Shown in pieces: positions 1 to 11,652 of a stretch of 64,000 bases of DNA. Source of the stretch: Phoronis australis (lineage: Eukaryota > Animalia > Phoronida). The notes below the pieces were generated by a model that saw nothing but the letters and a program-made list of their open reading frames with translations, had not been told where the DNA came from and searched no databases. The stretch's first letter is position 1. Each line of letters begins with the position of its first letter. The position numbers and the translations under genes are program-made. The stretch is from NCBI GenBank assembly GCA_002633005.1, contig NMRA01000089.1, positions 604,714 through 668,713 on the forward strand, written 5' to 3'.

Positions 1-1231
1 TATAAATTATGCAGAGACACCAAAAGGGTAAAATTTCACATTTTGTTCATGATTCGTACGAACGAGAATCAGTGTGAGTACTTTTACTCAAAATTCATGA
101 TAAACACAACTTGAAATTCTAAATCAGTTGCAAGCAATTTTTTGTCACCAAGAAATTTATAACAGAATGGACTTAAACGACAAGAGCTCAGCAAAGTCTT
201 GAAAGTTTTCATCATTTCTCAGCGAATCTCCTTTATCCCTAAAGACGACAGTTCCTCAAAGCCAATTCGGTACGGAAACTTGGACGTCTGTATTTAAGTT
301 ATTTTGATATTTATTTTCAAAAGGTTCTATGCAAACAAACCCGTATAGTTGTGGTCTCAATCACAACTGAAAGTATAAACGAAGTTATCATGGCAAGGGA
401 ATGTTTAATCCAGGACAGGAAATGCACCTTGGAGTAACTTAACCTTAAAGAATGTAATGCACGTGCGTCATTGCAGCAGGATATTTGTGACATTTTTACG
501 TTGTATTGCGAATATGAAATAGTAGCTTAGGCTCGGCATTCATTTGAAAAACACCACAATAAGCAACAGGTCGACGCAGAAAGCGTGCTACCACTTTATA
601 GGTTATTCCACTGAGGCCTATTTTAATAAAGTTCAGGAGTTTGGTCTTCGTTACATTAACTATTTGTGAAAAAATAATTAAATGCCACTTTTAGCAAATG
701 TACAAAGTCTATGATAAATACTTGTTTCTACCCACTGGGACATTTTTTGTATAAATTATTTCTAGGTTGTGATGTTCTAACAATTATTGTGTGTCTAAGC
801 CTTTATTTAGCATTGTTAATATTGTGACCAAATACCCATTTTTAATTCGTGGTACCTAGAGAATTTTGTTATTTCTAATTTTATAAACCATTGGGCCCTA
901 CATCATTTTTCCAGAGACACAACGAAACACACATTTTTTGCCATATTTCGGACCTGAACTGACGACTGTTTATTGTGCTAGGTCATCAGTACAACTACAT
1001 GTAGCATGGGTACCAACCGTTTGGTTTTGTGTTGGAGCACGAGTTGATGCAAAATGTGAATTAGAACGTCATGTTAAATATTCTTTGCTGGGGTGAATGA
1101 GCTTTATGCTGCCTTGGGAACAATAACACGTGACTGAATGACCAAATAATGTTTATTTAGCGTTATTAAACACCCAACTATGAATACATCGACATACAAG
1201 AGCGACATCTAGAATCCGACACAAACCACAT

Positions 1232-1632
1232 GGGATCTGTCTATTCTTTTCATTTAAGAAAGAAGCCGAAATTAGTTTTGTCGTTTTCTACACTACTTTT
1301 GTGCAAACTTAAGATAAATATACAGTACAGTGTGTATAACTGTCTAATCCTCCAGGATAAGGATAAAAGCTCGAGTATGAATTCGAAACATCGAGCTTGT
1401 ATTAGACTTTCTAGCTCGAATCTAAGGATTACCATATAAAACTTTAGACTTAGATTACCATGTAAAACTTTAGACTAGAATCTCACTTGTGCAAACCTTA
1501 TCGTAGACCAACCAGCACAGGGTACCAGTGCTGCATTTATATTGAGCTCTCCCAAAAAGAGGAAAGGAAAATGCCAATAAAAATAATTTCGAGCTCGATT
1601 TGGAGCACCCGTCAAAGATTAGACCAGGCCCC
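1232..1632. mobile_element. PIF/Harbinger-like MITE; related ends at 9825-10064 and about 33410
   Basis: Terminus AAGATTAGACCAGGCCC is the reverse complement of the GGGCCCGGTCTCTAATCTTT type seen at 9825; shared subterminal TTTTGTGC.AACTTAAGATA. Confidence 0.5.
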
Positions 1633-2322
1633 TGGTCCACAGAACATTAAATGACGTAAGTGTGTACATAGAGCTATCCGCTAAGTTAAATGTAATGTGA
1701 CACAGGGGTACCATTTCGTAACCACATGCGCCCCTCTCCGATTTAGACAATGGGTGAGGGCCGGGGCGAATTGTTGGGAGGATGAGAAGAGCGGGTAGCT
1801 GTAAATCGTGATTTCCAAAAGGTAGCTCGAACAAAGTGCGCCCAGGGTTGATTGTGATGGCCGACGTTCCACACTTTTTATAGCTTCATTTGCCACTACA
1901 GTGAGACGGAGAGAAAAAATAATATTTAGGCTAAATACAAAAGTAGCGACATCTTTCGTCGACTTTACAAAAAGATATATGCACTTGTCGAGACTGGTCC
2001 CTATAATTCGGAACAATTGACTGTCAATTAAACAATATCCAAAATCCGTAAACTGTTTTTTTTTCTAAATTATTCCATTGTTGATTTGAATGTTTGCTAC
2101 GCAGTGGGACTTTTAGTCGCGACTGAACGTAAGTTATCGTAACTTAAATTACTCGTAACTGAACGTAAGCCATCGTGACTCAAATTACACAACGTCTACA
2201 CACACTGACAAACTAGCAGAAACGACATATAAAACTATAATAATTGACGAAATATACATACACCAACTTTCGCTCGCTGTCTTGACTTTCGCTAATACAC
2301 ACGTTATAACGACCGGGTCAAC

Positions 2323-2460
2323 CAGCCTCTCGTTCAGTAACGCTAGGACCTAGCTAAAACCTAGTCAAAGTCAGGTGTTTAAAATACACGGCAATATCTC
2401 ACGTAATCTCTCGAAGTCTTTCTTTTTAGCGAGGTCCTAGCGCTACTGAACGGAGGCATG
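2323..2460. mobile_element. Short MITE with ~35-bp TIRs (CAGCCTC end) just 3' of the LRR gene
   Basis: CGTTCAGTAACGCTAGGACCTAGCTAAAA versus TTTTAGCGAGGTCCTAGCGCTACTGAACG. Confidence 0.7.
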
Positions 2461-2490
2461 ATTTATTTTGTGTATTATTTGCCTGTTCGT

Positions 2491-5307
2491 TCATGCAGAC
2501 TTTCGTTGATAATAATTGCAGTGTATTCGGCAAGTAAACAAAAAATAAAGACCTTCACATACAACCATTCCCAGAAAACCTAGAGCTGCGTAAAAAATTG
2601 GTTGAGAAGTATGGGAGTTAATTATTTCCTTATTTTTTTCGCCGCCTGATTTTACGTTGCATGATTCCACGAAGGAGACAGTGCTACTTTGTATGATATT
2701 TACCGCTTCGCATGATACATGCCCTGTTTCAACATGTTCTTTAGCCATGTTAAAAACGGCAGTGTTTGTTCCTTCACTCATATTTACATTCTTTGAAGGA
2801 AAAAATTCAGTGGTGCCACGTGAATTCGTTATCAACAAAGTTGGTGCCGGATCGCCTGACGACGAACACGAAACCGTAACATTTTCACCAGTAAACGAAA
2901 CGTTCAATTCGGGAGGCGATGGTGGACGGCAGACAAGATTTACTTTCAAGAAGCTTTCTAAAATGTCCGATGTCGACACAGGAGTAGAGCAAGCAGGGAT
3001 GTCAAAATTCAGCATTTTTCTGTGATTGTTTGCAAACCACGTCTGAACTTCAGTCATGTCACAGTTGCAGTGAATAGGGTTTTTGGAAAAACGAAATGTC
3101 GCACCGAGAAAGTTGCGCGTAAAAAGTTCACGAGGCAGTTTTTGAAGCTGGTTATCAGAAAGAGACAAGGAAAGCAAATCATTCATTTTCACGAATGCTT
3201 CGTTGTCAATATACGATATCAGGTTGTGCGACAAATCAAGTATTCGCATTTGATCCAACTGTCCAACCATTTTCCTGTCGATAGATCTCAGTTTATTGTA
3301 TGACAGATCTATATTAACAAGCGAGGGAATGTGGTCAAATGTTCCGTGCTCTATGGAATTTATAGAGTTGTTAAACAAATTCACCATCACCAGAGACGAA
3401 AGGCTGCCGCCTAAAAAAGTTTTCGAAACATGTGTCAACCGGTTTCCGCTCAATATAAGAATTATCAGATTGGTCATATTTTCGAAGCTGCCGTCATCTA
3501 TGATTTCAATTAGATTGCTTGACAAATCAAGTCGTGAAAGTCCTTTGAGGTTAGAGAAAAAATGTGTTCGTATTCTTCTCAAAGTGTTTCTCCACATTGT
3601 TAGAGACCTAAGACTGGGCATCGAGTGAAATGTTTTAGGACCAATGGTAGCTATGTTATTATTAGAAAGTCGAAGAGTTCCTAAATTCACTAATCCAACG
3701 AAAGAATAGGCTGACAAACGGGTTATGTTGTTTTCATCCAAAAAGAGTTGAGTCGTAACCGTTTGATTAATAAATGCACCATCTTCGAGACACCAAATGT
3801 TGTTTCGTACCAAATTAATAGTTTCACCTCGTATTTTATCCATAAAGCGTCTAGTGACGCAAATGCCATTACTTGCTTGGTAAGTAATTTTGATATAATT
3901 GGCATCAATTGCGTAAGGGAATGCAATTTCATCATGAACAATAGCGCTTATTGACAGAATCATGGAGCTCACGTTTATTCTAGGTACAACTTTGGGAGAG
4001 AACACGTCTAAATAAAGCATGCTTAGTTTCATCAATTTGTCGAAGACTTTGCGTTTGACATGCATTATACGATTTTCTCCCAAGTCAAGTATTTTGAGAT
4101 TAGATAGGCCGTGAAAGCTAGCTTCACTCAGTGACTGTATTGAATTGTTATTCAATAACAAATTCTCCAAACCATTGGGGAAGGCGAAATCGTCAATTCG
4201 CGAAATGTTATTGCAGGCGAGTACTAAAGTCATTAACCGGCTAAGTCGATGGAACAGACTGTTTGACACGTGTTTCAATTTGTTAAAAGAAAGGTCTAAA
4301 TTATACAGCAAAGCTAAATGAGAAAAGGAATTATCTTCAATGAAAGCAATTTGATTCCAACTCAAATCTAAGTCTTCCAGCGACACCAATCCAGCAAAAG
4401 TTGTCGTCTTGATGTCCTCTAAGTTGTTTCGGTCAAGACTTAGGGTTTGCAAATGTGTCGTGTTATAAAATGGGATGCCGCTTGTCTCAGTAATGTTATT
4501 TCTTGTCATGTTCAAATTCCTTAGACCGTCCAGTCCATTGACAGAGTCTGCGCTTATCCCACTTGCATTATGCCCCCGATAGAGTTCAGTCAAATTCTTC
4601 AAGGAAGAGACGTCTTTCAATTGTGAAAGTGTATTATTCGTTAAACGTAAAGTTTTTAACGCCGCCAATTCTCGAAGAGAATAAAACGCGAAATTCTTGA
4701 GCAGGTTGTTAGTTAAATCAAGAGTCAACAGCTTCCTTAAAGGCACAAACGCAACGTCACTGATGGAAGTAAGAGCGTTATTTCCCAAAAGAAGCGTCTC
4801 CAAGTTACTCAAACCACTGAAAGTATCCCTTGAGAGACTTGACAGCATATTAAAATCGAGTGCAAGTGTCTTCAAAGACGGAAGGTTTGCAAAGAAGCCG
4901 TGTTCAATTGTAATGATGCCATTCGCAGTTAGAACAAGCCGTTGCAGATTGACCATTCCACGAAGCGAGTTGGTAGTAAGTGTCAATACTCGATTATTGT
5001 CAAGACCAAGGTACAGAAGGTTGTTGAGGTCCTTAGAAAAATTTTCTAGGCTAGAAATCTCGTTGTTTCCAAGGTCTAAGGAACGCAAAGTTGAGGCACT
5101 TTCCTCGAAAGCATTCCCTTGGACGTCTTGAATACCACAGTTTCTTAAGTCTAAATACTGCTTGTTCCGTCCAAGCTGAAGTGCGACATCTGCCGTCAAG
5201 CTCCTATCATGTTCATTAAACTTTACTGGACAGCTTTCAACTCCGTGATCTTCAAATATTAGGGTTGAAGCTGCTAATAAAACGTACACCAACGGACTAG
5301 CGAACAT
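2491..5307 (-). CDS. Single-exon leucine-rich-repeat type I membrane protein (signal peptide, >20 LRRs, LRRCT, Ig-like domain, TM, ~15-aa tail); LIG/Slit/chaoptin-like receptor
   Basis: Uninterrupted ORF. The first ATG is at 5307 (the track starts at an upstream TTG). Hydrophobic N-terminus, many LxxLxLxxNxL repeats, LRRCT motif NPIHCNC...C...C, Ig-like VTVSCSSSGDPAP...VSCEAVN, TM PIFYAALGFLGMVVCEGLYFLF. AATAAA lies about 25 nt after the stop. Confidence 0.92.
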   Translation of the reverse strand: MFASPLVYVLLAASTLIFEDHGVESCPVKFNEHDRSLTADVALQLGRNKQYLDLRNCGIQDVQGNAFEESASTLRSLDLGNNEISSLENFSKDLNNLLYLGLDNNRVLTLTTNSLRGMVNLQRLVLTANGIITIEHGFFANLPSLKTLALDFNMLSSLSRDTFSGLSNLETLLLGNNALTSISDVAFVPLRKLLTLDLTNNLLKNFAFYSLRELAALKTLRLTNNTLSQLKDVSSLKNLTELYRGHNASGISADSVNGLDGLRNLNMTRNNITETSGIPFYNTTHLQTLSLDRNNLEDIKTTTFAGLVSLEDLDLSWNQIAFIEDNSFSHLALLYNLDLSFNKLKHVSNSLFHRLSRLMTLVLACNNISRIDDFAFPNGLENLLLNNNSIQSLSEASFHGLSNLKILDLGENRIMHVKRKVFDKLMKLSMLYLDVFSPKVVPRINVSSMILSISAIVHDEIAFPYAIDANYIKITYQASNGICVTRRFMDKIRGETINLVRNNIWCLEDGAFINQTVTTQLFLDENNITRLSAYSFVGLVNLGTLRLSNNNIATIGPKTFHSMPSLRSLTMWRNTLRRIRTHFFSNLKGLSRLDLSSNLIEIIDDGSFENMTNLIILILSGNRLTHVSKTFLGGSLSSLVMVNLFNNSINSIEHGTFDHIPSLVNIDLSYNKLRSIDRKMVGQLDQMRILDLSHNLISYIDNEAFVKMNDLLSLSLSDNQLQKLPRELFTRNFLGATFRFSKNPIHCNCDMTEVQTWFANNHRKMLNFDIPACSTPVSTSDILESFLKVNLVCRPPSPPELNVSFTGENVTVSCSSSGDPAPTLLITNSRGTTEFFPSKNVNMSEGTNTAVFNMAKEHVETGHVSCEAVNIIQSSTVSFVESCNVKSGGEKNKEIINSHTSQPIFYAALGFLGMVVCEGLYFLFTCRIHCNYYQRKSA

Positions 5308-5989
5308 CGTCGAGTTTTGTCCAAACAACTCCCCAGTGTGTGCATATATACCTGTGTACTGATACCTTGTTTATGACGTGCTTGACGAAACTCATAAGTC
5401 TGCGTCGTTAAGTGTTAACAACGCAATTAATCCTTAACAGTGTTGAAAAGTAATTTACATCCAGAATTTTTGAGATGTTGACAAACTGATGAAGACGAGA
5501 TCTCACCGATATCGATCGCGGTGATGGTGTTGATGTGCATTTGTTCGTGTCATATCTTATCAATCTTTTTTCGGTGAGTTTGAAAATTCGTGCACTGCCA
5601 CTGACAATTTTCAACGGATTTTTATTTCTTAATTCTAAATATCCAATTAATTACTGAATGTGTAAAATCACGGTGACGTTCTCGTGTAATTTTATTTCCG
5701 TCATTCTGTTAACTCTTCCACGAACCTCTAGCGACAAAACGGGTGGGTAATTCTTCTTGAAATTTGTCAAAGATTAAGAAACAGACTATATGAAAACAGT
5801 AGATTTTCAAAAATCATTCTATATTTTTAGTGAACTTCTTTGGTTTCTAAGTGTTTGTTCTGCATTTATAAATGGAAAGTTTAGGCCCTAAGAATAGAAG
5901 TGTTTGCGTAACTTTTCACCCTTGCGTCATGGCCCAGATGGCCCGCATTTAACTGGAAATCCCGCTTTCTATGCTTCAACCCAATTGTC

Positions 5990-6480
5990 GGTTTTTTCAT
6001 TCTCGAATGTTGACAACTATGCAACAGGTGTTAAAATAATTTTGTCACGAATATTGGTATTCTCTATAGTCCACCTTTTTAGCAAAAATGTGTTCCAGTG
6101 TCTCTTGTTTACGCTGCAAGTATCAGGATTACCAATTTTCTCTTTCTGTAGAAATGAGTATTTATAAACTACTACAGAAAGTCATACATTGCAATCTGTG
6201 TAATAATCTATCCACTGCATTTCAAAGCTAACATTAGATGTTTTCTTTTTTCCATCTGTCGGAAAGCCTTTATCTGCCAATTTCGGATAGGTAGTTGGTG
6301 TAATTATTTTATCACATTGTCGCTGCATCCTGAATTTTTACTGTATCAAACGGCACCAAAGGTCCAATTAATTCATTAAAAAACGTACAATGTCGAATAA
6401 ATGTCTGTCTAAATTCTGCCCAACAACAGTGGGGGATCCATGCTCTAAAATCTTTGTCTTGAGAGGGGATATTTCTTTTG
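5990..6480 (-). mobile_element. Possible heavily decayed Harbinger transposase remnant
   Basis: LADKGF motif preceded by GAV..SK.SG.SD-like and followed by F.TCCIVVN-like segments. Confidence 0.35.
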
Positions 6481-8561
6481 TGAACCATTAAAATTTTCTC
6501 CCTGCTGGTTTAACTTGTCATTTCTATGACCTCTTTGGTTCACTTCTCACCTGATACGAAAGCAAGTTGAGATCAGCTTTGTACAATTATAGCTGTCAAT
6601 GGCCTAATTTAAAAGTTTGCTTTTTGATGGGTAGCAAGTTTATAGATAGACGCTTTTAAAGTAGTCTAGAAAAATGTTCGGCTCTACATGTCACTGCCGA
6701 AAAACGCAACGTTGGGCGTATTGTTGAATGGAATAGATTTTTTAAGAAATTAGCTTTGACCAGAGCAGTATTTTTTAACCCAGGTCTAATGCCTCTTGGC
6801 GCTTTCTGGGTTATGTATATTCATTGCATTCTGAAGATTTCGTAATAAACATTAAAAAAAACAGAGCAGTAAAATTCGTTGTTTTTTATTACAAGTCGTC
6901 AGCTCCCATCGTTGAAAAAAAAGCCAGCAGATAGTTTGGATACGACGCGCGCGTGAGCTTTATGTTCTAATTTGCGCTTGGGCTGATTTTAGAAAAAGCC
7001 TTTTCTAGTCACTTTAATTCTAGAAAAAATATGACATGCAAACCTTAAATATATATGTGACTCACAAACAGACGCAACTATTATCCTTATGTTTTATTAT
7101 CAATTGTGTTTTATTGCATTTGAGAATATTTATCCTGTTACAAATGGACACGTTTAAACCAAATGTGCGATACTATTGTCAGACACGTGCCTCATTCTCA
7201 AAGAATAATCTGAATTTAGAGATTATTTTCCGAAAAAAGCGATCACGAAGAAAGGTAAAAAGGCATCAACGTTTTAGATACTTTAATATCCAAAACTTTG
7301 ATGCTTTGCTGGATGTTGTATTTGGTTTTAAACTTAACACCTTCTTATGGCAGCAACTAAATATTTAGCATAAAGTTTGCACTATATATTACAATTACGG
7401 CCTAAACAAAATATTTATTTTGTAACGAGTTCATAGTCAACACATTTACCAGCCCTTTCGTTAAAGCCGCATATCACCTTATTTAATATGAAAAACGAAA
7501 ATCCAGTAACCAGGGCTTTTTGCTATCACACCAGTCCCAATATTCCTTACCGTGATTATGTACTATTTCCGTTAACAGCAGGAAACTCACAACGACTCGA
7601 GAATTTGCTTTAGACATTATTGGGTTTGACGAACCCTAAAACGCTGACTTTCAAAATGGCGCATTAACACATTGCCTGAGACTTGAGTTGGTAATGGAAA
7701 TGGATATTGCGAGACTAATTTTATAAGACTTACCCTAATTCAAATTTTGTTTTTTGGCAAGCCAAATTTGTAAGGCTTTGGTGATGTCCTAAATCAAGTC
7801 GAGTGATTTCCAAACAGAACGTTCTGTTCGTTAAAACGAACCAAACGATACTGACAGCCTGAACGTCATTAACTATAATTAACATAAACCCTGCCTCTTG
7901 GTTCATGCATTTGTAACAAGAGACTAAAATTTGTTGCGTAGATCACACTTTACTTTAATTTGTCTTGTTATGAACGACCGCATATTATGTTTGTTCTTTC
8001 TTGCGTGCTCCAGTTATTTTATTATGAAAGTTTTGACAGAACACGTTCTATTAGAAGTGATACCGTGTTTTTTGTATTTTATGTTGCACCTTTATTCATA
8101 TGTACGGCGTTAAAACGTAATAGGATGTAATGTAAAAAATGCAACAGTTTCCTAATGTGTAAAAACTGTTCTGCAATTGATATATACTGATGAAGGATTT
8201 TTCTATCGCTTGTACTCATTTTGTAAAAATACATCATGATTGTTATTACAACATAAAGAATGACGTAACAGTTAATGATTTGTAAATTATTATGCGTGCC
8301 ATTTTTCATGGCAGAACAAGATTACCTTTTTGATTACTGGACGTGTAGATCATATCACCAATAGTTGGTATGACTACAAATAAAAAAGATATTTTGAAGA
8401 GGACTAATGAGAGACTGAACCTGTACATCTCACGAAAGCGAGCGAAAAAACGAATTAAAGCGTATCAAGCAATGTGTTCTAATAGTGCACATTGCTCCAG
8501 TGGTTTCCGAAAGCCACTTAGAGACATCCTGTAAGAGAATGAGTCAACAGACGATGATAAT

Positions 8562-9820
8562 GTTTTGAGAAGCCAGAGACACCAAGTGGTAGCCAAGAGT
8601 GACGAATTCCCTAAGCCTTTATGTTCTGGTGATGTCGAAAAACAGATAGAACAAAGCAAAGTTACTAGTAACAACCGTGTTCAGTGTTTGAATGCTAGTC
8701 AAGAGCCACCAAGAAACATCATCTCGGACGCAACTGAGATGAGAGCTGACGATAGTGAGGAGATACCCACTTTCACCTGGTGGCTTTGGTGATGCCGAAG
8801 AAGCAATATCACAAAACAGAGTTATATGTACGCTTAATGACAGAGAGCGACGAAAAGACGAGGATACGTTGGGAGGCAACGGCCTCAAGGTGGCGACCAA
8901 GAGTAGCAAATTGCCTCCGTTTGGAAGGTCTGGTGGTGGTAAAAGACGGTTAAAACAAAAAAGAGGTTTCCGCAATAACCGTGTACATTGCTTGAATGCT
9001 AAAAGAGACAGAGCCTCGTAGAGGCACCATCCCGGACGAGAATGTTTTGGGATGCAACGAATACGAAGTCGTAGCCAAGGGTGGCGACGTATCACCCCGG
9101 GCATGTTCTGGTGATGCTAAAGGATGTGAAAAAGAGAGCAATCCGAACTCCTCAAAGAAACTCAGCTGAGCACGACAACAGAGGGTGGTCCGAACGTATT
9201 CCCGGAAGAAGTTGCAGTAGTTGGTACGAGCAGGGACATATATGGGTTAGACAGAGAAGGCGAAGAGCGAAAGTTGTCAGTTTTTCGGAGAGTAATTCGT
9301 AAAGTGTAATTCGCATTTTCTACGAAAAAGCGTAATAAAAATAACAGGAATTAGTCTGGATATGAACCTGCTTTTTTCTTTCCAACTTTCAAGACGTCGC
9401 CGTTTCTCGATCTACCAGACTTCGTTCATCGTGACGGAAAACCCGTCGTCATTGATCGAGGAAAGTATGGCTGTACTACGTTCCTAGTTGAGCGACTGCA
9501 GATGTTCTACGCCCTCAAAGTATTTTGCAAAGAGTCGTCATCTCTATACGAGGTCAGTAGAGAAATTGAAGTGTTCAAGTTTGTCAATGGGAAAGGAATC
9601 GGGCCTCACATTCGAGTGTTTTTCCCGTTGTAGGAAAATTCGATTCACATTCCGTGGGGAATTTTATTGGACTTCGCAGGAAACGCTACCCACAGTGGGG
9701 AGACACTCCATGAACTGCTTAGCAACTACAAGAAGGAAACGTTTGGGTTTACTCCACTTACCGATCGAGAGTGGCTTGACATCTTGATCAAGATGTGTGA
9801 ACAAATTAATGTTCTCAACA
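8562..9820 (+). pseudogene. Duplicate/allelic copy of the kinase pseudogene 5' part, cut off by a MITE
   Basis: Near-identical to 10066-11337; DGKPVVIDRGKYG...FYALKVFCKE. Confidence 0.65.
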
Positions 9821-10065
9821 GAGCAGGGCCCGGTCTCTAATCTTTGTACTCGAAACGAACTCGAAACTATTTTTGGCAATTTCTCTGCTCCTTTTGTGCG
9901 AACTTAAGATAGTTGGTTATCAGACTGTGCTCGAATACATTATAGTTTATGCATATGAGTTTCTAGTTAAAGTTTGCCCTTGAAGACCCTTATATTCGTG
10001 CTACAAACTCGAGTAAAAACTCGAAATTTCGAGTTCAAACTCGAACTTATTGCTTTAATATTGGN

Positions 10066-11652
10066 GTTTTGAGAAGCCAGAGACACCAAGTGGTAGCCAA
10101 GAGTGACGAATTCCCTAAGCCTTTATGTTCTGGTGATGTCGAAAAACAGATAGAACAAAGCAAAGTTACTAGTAACAACCGTGTTCAGTGTTTGAATGCT
10201 AGTCAAGAGCCACCAAGAAACATCATCTCGGACGCAACTGAGATGAGAGCTGACGATAGTGAGGAGATAGCCAAAAATAACGATTTACTTTCACCTGGTG
10301 GCTTTAGTGATGCCGAAGAAGCAATATTACAAAACAGAGTTATATCTACGCTTAATGACAGAGAGCGACGAAAAGACGAGGATACGTTGGGAGGCAACGG
10401 CCTCAAGGTGGCGACCAAGAGTAGCAAATTGCCTCCGTTTAGAAGGTCTGGTGGTGGTAAAAGACGGTTAAAACAAAAAAGAGGTTTCCGCAATAACCGT
10501 GTACATTGCTTGAATGCTAAAAGAGACAGAGCCTCGTAGAGGCATCATCCCGGACGAGAATGATTTGGGATGCAACGAATACGAAGGCGTAGCCAAGGGT
10601 GGCGACGTATCACCCGGGCATGTTCTGGTGATGCTAAAGGATGTGAAGATGAGAGCAATCCGAACTCCTCAAAGAAACTGAGCATGGCAACAGAGGGTGG
10701 TCCACACGTGTTCCCGGAAGAAGTTGCAGTAGTTGGTACGAGCGGGGACATACATGGCTTAGACAGAGAAGGCGAAGAGCGAAAGTTGTCAGTTTTTCGG
10801 AGAGTAATTCGTAAAGTGAAATTTGTATTTTCTACGAAAAAGCGTAATAAAAATAACAGGAATTAGTCTGGATATGAATCTGCTTTTTCTTTCCAACTTT
10901 CGCAGTTTCTCGATCTATCAGACTTTGCTTTGTTATGATTAGGTTCATCGTGACGGAAAACCCGTCGTCATTGATCGAGGAAATTATGGCTGTACGTTCC
11001 TAGTTGAGCAACTGCAGATGTTCTACGCCCTCAAAGTATTTTGCAAAGAGTCGTCATCTCTATACGAGGTCAGTAGAGAGATCGAAGTGTTCAAGTTTGT
11101 CAATGGGAAAGCAATCGGGCCTCATATTCGAGTGTTTTTTCCCGTTGGAGGAAAATTCGATTCACTTTCCGTGGGGAATTTTATTGGAATTCGCAGGAAA
11201 CCCTAGCCACAGTGCGGAGACACTCCATGAACTGCTTAGCAACTACGAGAAGGAAACGTTTGGGTTTACTCCACTTACCGATCGAGAGTGGCTTGACGTC
11301 TTGATCAAGATGTGTGAACAAATTAATGTTCTCAACATGTTGAGAGCTGTGAGTCCGGACAGCATTGTAGTCATCAAATGGTTCGTACAAGGTGCAGCTA
11401 CTGGATTTCCGAGACGAAACGTTGTTGAAGAACAATCCTTGTACAACTCACTACGGCGACTTTATTAAGGTGTACGATCTGAGGATTCTCGTCAACTGGG
11501 AGACACATTCTAACAAAAGATTCTACGATGCTTCCCAACTAATGTCTCAAGGACCAGCATGAGCTACTTGGGATGACGTCATCAAGGCCTTGAGGACAGA
11601 AAAGAGCGCCACCTGCTCTGTCTTTGAAAAATGGTTTCTTTTTCGGAAATAG
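10066..11652 (+). pseudogene. Decayed intronless protein-kinase gene with repetitive N-terminal region (more complete copy)
   Basis: Frameshifted segments: IDRGNYG (G-loop), YALKVF (VAIK), SREIE (helix C), GILLEFAG (hinge), WLDVLIKMCEQINVLN, AVSPDSIVV (decayed catalytic loop), GPA*ATWDDVIKAL (subdomain XI). Confidence 0.7.

Noticed and set aside
2657-5131. Several plus-strand ORFs
   Set aside because: Antisense shadows of the LRR gene
5480-5525. Hammerhead-like CTGATGA...GATATCGATC
   Set aside because: GAAA core is mutated, stem II is poor and there is no stem I
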